Source of the DNA: Pseudomonadota bacterium
Lineage (GTDB): Bacteria; Bdellovibrionota_B; Oligoflexia; Oligoflexales; CAIYRB01
DNA: 64,000 nucleotides
Direction of reading: 5' to 3'
Assembly: GCA_026390445.1 (NCBI GenBank)
Contig: JAPLFX010000044.1
Location: 5,550-69,549 of the forward strand
In this document: one piece after another, positions 61,418 to 64,000 of the stretch
How the letters are laid out: every line of letters starts with the position of its first letter
Position numbering within the stretch: the first letter of the stretch is position 1
Notes under the pieces: model-generated
Seen by the model: the letters and a program-made list of their open reading frames with translations, nothing else
Databases searched by the model: none
Told to the model about the DNA's origin: nothing
Program-made: the position numbers and the translations under genes

Positions 61418-62272
61418 TTACGCCTTCTGCCGCCGCCGCTTGCGCGCGGGAGTCTGCACCTTTGGACTCTCGCTCGCGGCGGCGGTTTGCCATCTGCCTT
61501 GAACGTTTAGGGCCAGGGCGGTCGCACCGATGATAAACGGGATGCTCAACATCTGTCCCATGTTGAGCGTCAAACCCGCCTCAAAGGGCACCTGGTCTTC
61601 TTTGAAGAATTCGCAAAAGAAGCGCCAGGCAAAGCCGGTGGCGATAATCAGTCCCATCAAGCGGCCGGTCTGTTCGGCCAGGCGGGTGCGGTAGTAGAGC
61701 AGCATCGACAGGCCGCACAGACCAAAGTAGCCAATCGCCTCATACAGCTGCGCCGGATGGCGTGGCACTTGGTCGACCTGGGTGAAGATGACGGCCCATG
61801 GCAGGGTTTCCGCTGCAGGGCGCCCGATGATCTCCGAGTTGCAGAAGTTGCCGAGGCGAATACAGCCTGCGGCAAACAGCGAGATGATCGCAACCCGGTC
61901 AGCTAGCCAGAGGAAGGTGATGTCACGGTTCTTGCGCACGAAGAGCACCAGCGCAATGATCACGCCGAGAAAGCCGCCGTGGCTGGCGTAACCGCCCTTC
62001 CAGATCATCGGGATCTCAAGCAGGTGATTGATATAGTAGTCCGGTTGATAAAAGATCACGTGGCCAAGGCGCATGCCGACCATCATCCCGACGACGATGT
62101 AGACCAGCAGTGAATCAAGTAGCTCAACCGGTTTACCCTCGCGGATAAACATCTTTCTGATAATCGCATAGCCGCCGACGATGCCGCTGGCGAAGAGCAG
62201 GCTGTACCAACGTGGCAGAGGGCTAAACGAGAACACTTCTGGTTGAAGGTTCCACAGATAGGGAGCGGCCAT
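61418..62272 (-). CDS. lgt: prolipoprotein diacylglyceryl transferase
   Basis: Lgt signatures are present (GGYASHGGFLG, HPAQLYEA) with multiple TM helices. Confidence 0.9.
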   Translation of the reverse strand: MAAPYLWNLQPEVFSFSPLPRWYSLLFASGIVGGYAIIRKMFIREGKPVELLDSLLVYIVVGMMVGMRLGHVIFYQPDYYINHLLEIPMIWKGGYASHGGFLGVIIALVLFVRKNRDITFLWLADRVAIISLFAAGCIRLGNFCNSEIIGRPAAETLPWAVIFTQVDQVPRHPAQLYEAIGYFGLCGLSMLLYYRTRLAEQTGRLMGLIIATGFAWRFFCEFFKEDQVPFEAGLTLNMGQMLSIPFIIGATALALNVQGRWQTAAASESPKVQTPARKRRRQKA

Positions 62273-62313
62273 GGTGCCTCACTTTACGTTTAAAGGGGTT
62301 GGCCGCGATCGTA

Positions 62314-63204
62314 TCATTTGATGCCGACGCGCGCACCGAGGAGTTGCGTCAGTGCCCTGAGTGGCCGTGACAGGCCGCGCTCCTTGGGCCACATGGCGGT
62401 GATTTCATACATCTCGACGGCAGGGGTGTCAGGAATCGCCAGGACGCCGCCGCGGCTGTTTTGAATGGCCCAGTCCGGCAGAAAGGACCAGGCATCGGTC
62501 TTTAACAGGTACTGGCAAGCGAGGTCATAGCTATCGTAGCAAAAGGCGAAGACGCCTGGTTGGCGCATGTAGGCCAAGACGCCGCAGTCGGCATCGTTGG
62601 CGAGTTCACCAACGCTGCGCGGTCCGGCCACTGGGTAGTCATGGAGTGCGGCCACACGCGCCGTGGCTGGCAGGGCTAGGATCGGATGGTGCTGGCGCAC
62701 GCAAAGCAGGACCTCGCCACTAAATAGCTTTTGTCGCTCGATGGCATGATGTCCCGAGGCTGTCAGCGTCAAGCCATAGTCGAGGTCGCCGGCTGCCACC
62801 AGCCGCATGACCTCGGCGGAGCGCAGGTTGTGCAGTTCGCCACGCAGCTCAGGGTGAGGGGCGCTTAATTCGACGAAGGCATCGACTAAGCAGTCGGCGG
62901 CGAAGCCATGCGGCGCCCCAAGTCTGAGGGTGCCTTCCCAAGCGACTTCGTCGGAGGCCATCTCCTCCTTGAGTTGATGTAGTTGATTGAGGATGAATTC
63001 AGCGCGTTTGGCGAGGATTCTACCGTGGCTGGTAACGGTCAGGCGCTTGCCTTCGCGACGCAGTAGCTCGCGACCTAGCTCTTCTTCCAGGGCGGCGATC
63101 GAGTGGCTTACGGCGCTAGGACTAACCCCAACAGCCCGAGCCGCTTGGCTTAAGTGTTCCAGCTTGGCGACTTCAACAAAGTAGCTGAGTTGGTCGATCT
63201 TCAT
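62314..63204 (-). CDS. LysR-family transcriptional regulator
   Basis: N-terminal wHTH (LSYFVEVAKLEHLSQAARAVGVSPSAVSHSIAALEEELG) and a LysR substrate-binding-domain length. Confidence 0.9.
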   Translation of the reverse strand: MKIDQLSYFVEVAKLEHLSQAARAVGVSPSAVSHSIAALEEELGRELLRREGKRLTVTSHGRILAKRAEFILNQLHQLKEEMASDEVAWEGTLRLGAPHGFAADCLVDAFVELSAPHPELRGELHNLRSAEVMRLVAAGDLDYGLTLTASGHHAIERQKLFSGEVLLCVRQHHPILALPATARVAALHDYPVAGPRSVGELANDADCGVLAYMRQPGVFAFCYDSYDLACQYLLKTDAWSFLPDWAIQNSRGGVLAIPDTPAVEMYEITAMWPKERGLSRPLRALTQLLGARVGIK

Positions 63205-63214
63205 CGCGGCCCTT

Positions 63215-63229
63215 GTGAAAAAAATTCAC
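63215..63229. promoter_or_regulatory. inverted repeat GTGAA-N5-TTCAC upstream of the LysR gene (possible autoregulatory box)
   Basis: Read directly, 10 nt upstream of the start codon. Function is inferred only. Confidence 0.2.
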
Positions 63230-63377
63230 CAGTTCTGTGGCAAATTATTCAATTTACATATTTCAAGGGGGGGTCTAGAAAGGAGTTCTGGAAAGCCAGA
63301 TGGTCCCAGGTTGGCACTCGGGGGGGTGACGACCTGGGATCATTACCATTCCGCCCCAGAGCTTGTCCATCCCAGCA

Positions 63378-64000
63378 TTATTCAAATGATTCCGTCTTGA
63401 TATGGGCTTCCTCGACCCCGGCTCCGCGCAGGTGAGCAACGGTCTGGTCCATGATCGCCTGAGGGCCGCAGGTCATGAAGGTCGCTGTTTGGTAGGCGCC
63501 ATTGATCGCCGCTGCTAGCTTTTGGTCGCTGATCCGGCCGTACCAGTAGCCAGCGGCTTCGAGGTTTTCCCGGCTCAGGGTCGTGTGGATGGCGATACCG
63601 GGTTGGCCTATCAGCGGCTGCAGGTCGGCGCCGCAGAGAATGTCCTGCGACGACCGGTGCGAAACTAATAGCGTCATCCGCTGCGGGGCTCCGGCTTGGC
63701 CGAGGTGGGATGCGTATTCACGCAGGATGCTGACAAAGGGCGTGACGCCGCTGCCGCCGGCCACCATGATCAAATGCCCGCGGTCGATGCCAGGCTCGTA
63801 GACAAATTTACCGATGGGTCCGCGGGCACGCAGCACTGAGCCGACTTTGACCTGGTCACATAACCAATTGCTGATCTTGCCACCTTCGACCCGCTTGACG
63901 GTGACCGCTGCGAAATCCGCCTGACACGGCGAGCTAGACATCGTGTAGGAGCGAACCAAGGGCTTCGCCTCGACATCGTCGAAGCGAAAGGTGAGATATT
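63378..64000 (-). CDS. ferredoxin-NADP reductase-like FAD/NAD(P)-binding oxidoreductase (5' end outside the window)
   Basis: The frame stays open to the window edge (…YLTFRFDDVEAKPLVRSYT…). FAD motif is R-S-Y-T and NAD motif is LIMVAGGSGVTP. The ORF-track TTG start is therefore internal. Confidence 0.7.
   Translation of the reverse strand, partial: YLTFRFDDVEAKPLVRSYTMSSSPCQADFAAVTVKRVEGGKISNWLCDQVKVGSVLRARGPIGKFVYEPGIDRGHLIMVAGGSGVTPFVSILREYASHLGQAGAPQRMTLLVSHRSSQDILCGADLQPLIGQPGIAIHTTLSRENLEAAGYWYGRISDQKLAAAINGAYQTATFMTCGPQAIMDQTVAHLRGAGVEEAHIKTESFE

Noticed and set aside
1-64000. Searched for CRISPR arrays, rRNA, transposases, integrases, reverse transcriptases and phage structural genes.
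   Set aside because: None seen. All tandem repeats found are short coding microsatellites or a single 19-bp duplication, not repeat-spacer arrays.

Overview
64-kb chromosomal segment, about 60% GC by spot counts on individual lines, from a Gram-negative bacterium. The organism is probably flagellated, with Myxococcota/Bdellovibrionota-like traits: an MglA-type GTPase, PilZ and FapA/DUF342 proteins, sigma-28-type promoters and many lipoproteins. Taxonomy is inference only. All work was by eye, so hand-counted motif coordinates may be off by a few nt.

Housekeeping content:
- MoxR ATPase + VWA pair
- ribD, acnA, cardiolipin synthase
- a five-gene Liv-type ABC transporter operon
- pepF-like M3 peptidase, RNase HI
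- SRP RNA (ffs) directly upstream of dnaX
- aspartate kinase, alanine dehydrogenase, lgt, a LysR regulator
- two tRNAs: Met-CAT (+) and Gly-CCC (-)

Lower-GC accessory-looking patches are interspersed:
- 4.4-8.3 kb, next to tRNA-Met
- 24.4-25.9 kb
- 30.4-31.5 kb, next to tRNA-Gly
- 46.1-46.9 kb, holding BrnT/BrnA
- 51.4-56.9 kb

I found no CRISPR array, rRNA, transposase, integrase or reverse transcriptase, and no clear multi-gene defence island.

Most noteworthy observations:
1. A 1525-aa putative surface lipoprotein carrying about nine copies of a 4-cysteine module I cannot name, plus slippage-prone tracts.
2. A roughly 100-140-bp imperfect palindromic intergenic repeat present twice.
3. An MglA-family GTPase with both catalytic residues substituted, sitting immediately after dnaX and without a recognisable MglB.
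4. Two sigma-28-consensus promoters. One is a perfect match upstream of an uncharacterised lipoprotein.
5. A DUF455 (di-iron) + ATP-grasp fusion protein.
6. RNase HI with a C-terminal hybrid-binding domain.
7. A candidate small-protein + minimal nucleotidyltransferase pair in the tRNA-Met-adjacent patch.

Several ORF-track starts were revised on RBS or biological grounds: acnA, dnaX, the giant lipoprotein and the GH-like gene.
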